Assembly: GCF_006345805.1 (NCBI RefSeq)
Contig: NC_042998.1
Span: 172,174,001-172,238,000 of the forward strand
Length of the DNA: 64,000 nt
Direction of reading: 5' to 3'
DNA from: Octopus sinensis
Lineage: Eukaryota
Of this stretch, positions 63,203 through 64,000 are shown in pieces (position 1 is the stretch's first letter; each line of letters begins with the position of its first letter). A program made the position numbers and the translations under genes. Below the pieces are notes generated by a model, which did not search any database, was not told the origin of the DNA, and saw nothing but the letters and a program-made list of their open reading frames with translations.

Positions 63203-64000
63203 CATTATCATCGTTTAACGTCCGCTTTCTATGCTAGCATGGGTTGGACAATCTGACTGAGTACTGGCGAACCAGATGGCTTCACCAGGTTCTAATCTAA
63301 CCTGGCAGAGTTTCTACAGCTGGATGCCCTTCCTAACGCCGCCCACTCCAAGAGTGTAGTGGGTGCTTTTACATGCCACTGGCATGAGGCCAGTCAGTTG
63401 GTACTGGCAATGGCCACGCTCAAGTGTTTTTTACATGCCACCTGCACAGGAGCCAGTCCAGCGGCACTGGCAACGACCTTGCTCGAATGTTTTTCATGTG
63501 CCAGTAAGGCGATGCTACTAATGACCATGTTTGAATGGTGCTTTTTACGTGCCACCGGCACAGAAGCCAGTCAGCTGCTCTGGCAGCGATCACACTTGGA
63601 TGGTGCTGTCAGCGCTCTACTGGCATGGGTGCCAGTCATCAAATTTGAAAATTTGCTTTGATTTTGATTTCGCTTGTCTCAACAGGTCTTCACAAACAGA
63701 GTTTAGTGTTCAATGTAGGAAAGGTACCTATAAGTGGGCTGGTTACACCCCTGGCATAGCCCACAGGTTATGGTTATCCTCATCCATTCTCACCACATGA
63801 CCAAACCAGCGCAGTCGTCTCTCTTGCACACCACATCTGATGCTTCTTAGGTCCAACTTTTCTCTCAAAGTACTTACACTCTGTTGAGTATGCACACTGA
63901 CATTACACAACCATCGGAGCATACTGGCTCCATTCCTTGTGAGCTTACGCATATCCTCAGCAGTCATGGCCCATGTTTCACTGCCATGTAGCATGGCTGT
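63203..64000 (-). mobile_element. RTE LINE 3' part with internal deletion (continues beyond window)
   Basis: MLHGSETWAMTAEDMRKL...QERRLRWFGHVVRMDED, RTE 3' UTR array and tail. About 183 bp missing at 63774/63775 relative to the 33888 copy. Confidence 0.9.

Larger units (their letters stand above)
13611..64000 (+). other. Intron 1 of the MYPT gene (runs off the window end)
   Basis: GT donor at 13611. No exon encoding the expected continuation (ACID..M..FLV..GA..D.EGW.PLH) was found by eye downstream. Confidence 0.7.

Noticed and set aside
63361-63640. CRISPR-like repeat/spacer appearance
   Set aside because: The units are imperfect tandem repeats without unique spacers, lie in a LINE 3' UTR in a eukaryotic context, and have no cas genes.

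Overview
AT-rich, repeat-dense animal genomic DNA. The SINE, RTE and MITE families look like those of Octopus; this is inferred from recall, not from a search. One host gene is recognisable: the first coding exon of a myosin phosphatase targeting subunit (MYPT/PPP1R12-type, + strand, 13365-13610, with MyPhoNE, RVxF and first ankyrin repeat). I could not find its next exon, so intron 1 appears to exceed 50 kb and fill the rest of the window. The remainder is mostly mobile-element debris: tRNA-derived SINEs, RTE and CR1/L2-type LINE fragments, two TTAA-flanked piggyBac-type MITE families, a full-length dead piggyBac, a Helitron helicase relic and a 28S rRNA fragment. The most interesting signals are four. 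(1) A (TA)n-flanked foldback at 1911-2232 carries a minimal type-I hammerhead ribozyme with a compensatory U3:A8 core. (2) A SINE is flanked by a ~147-bp target-site-like duplication. (3) A PHD finger is embedded inside an RTE reverse transcriptase. (4) The dead piggyBac shares its termini with the local MITE family.
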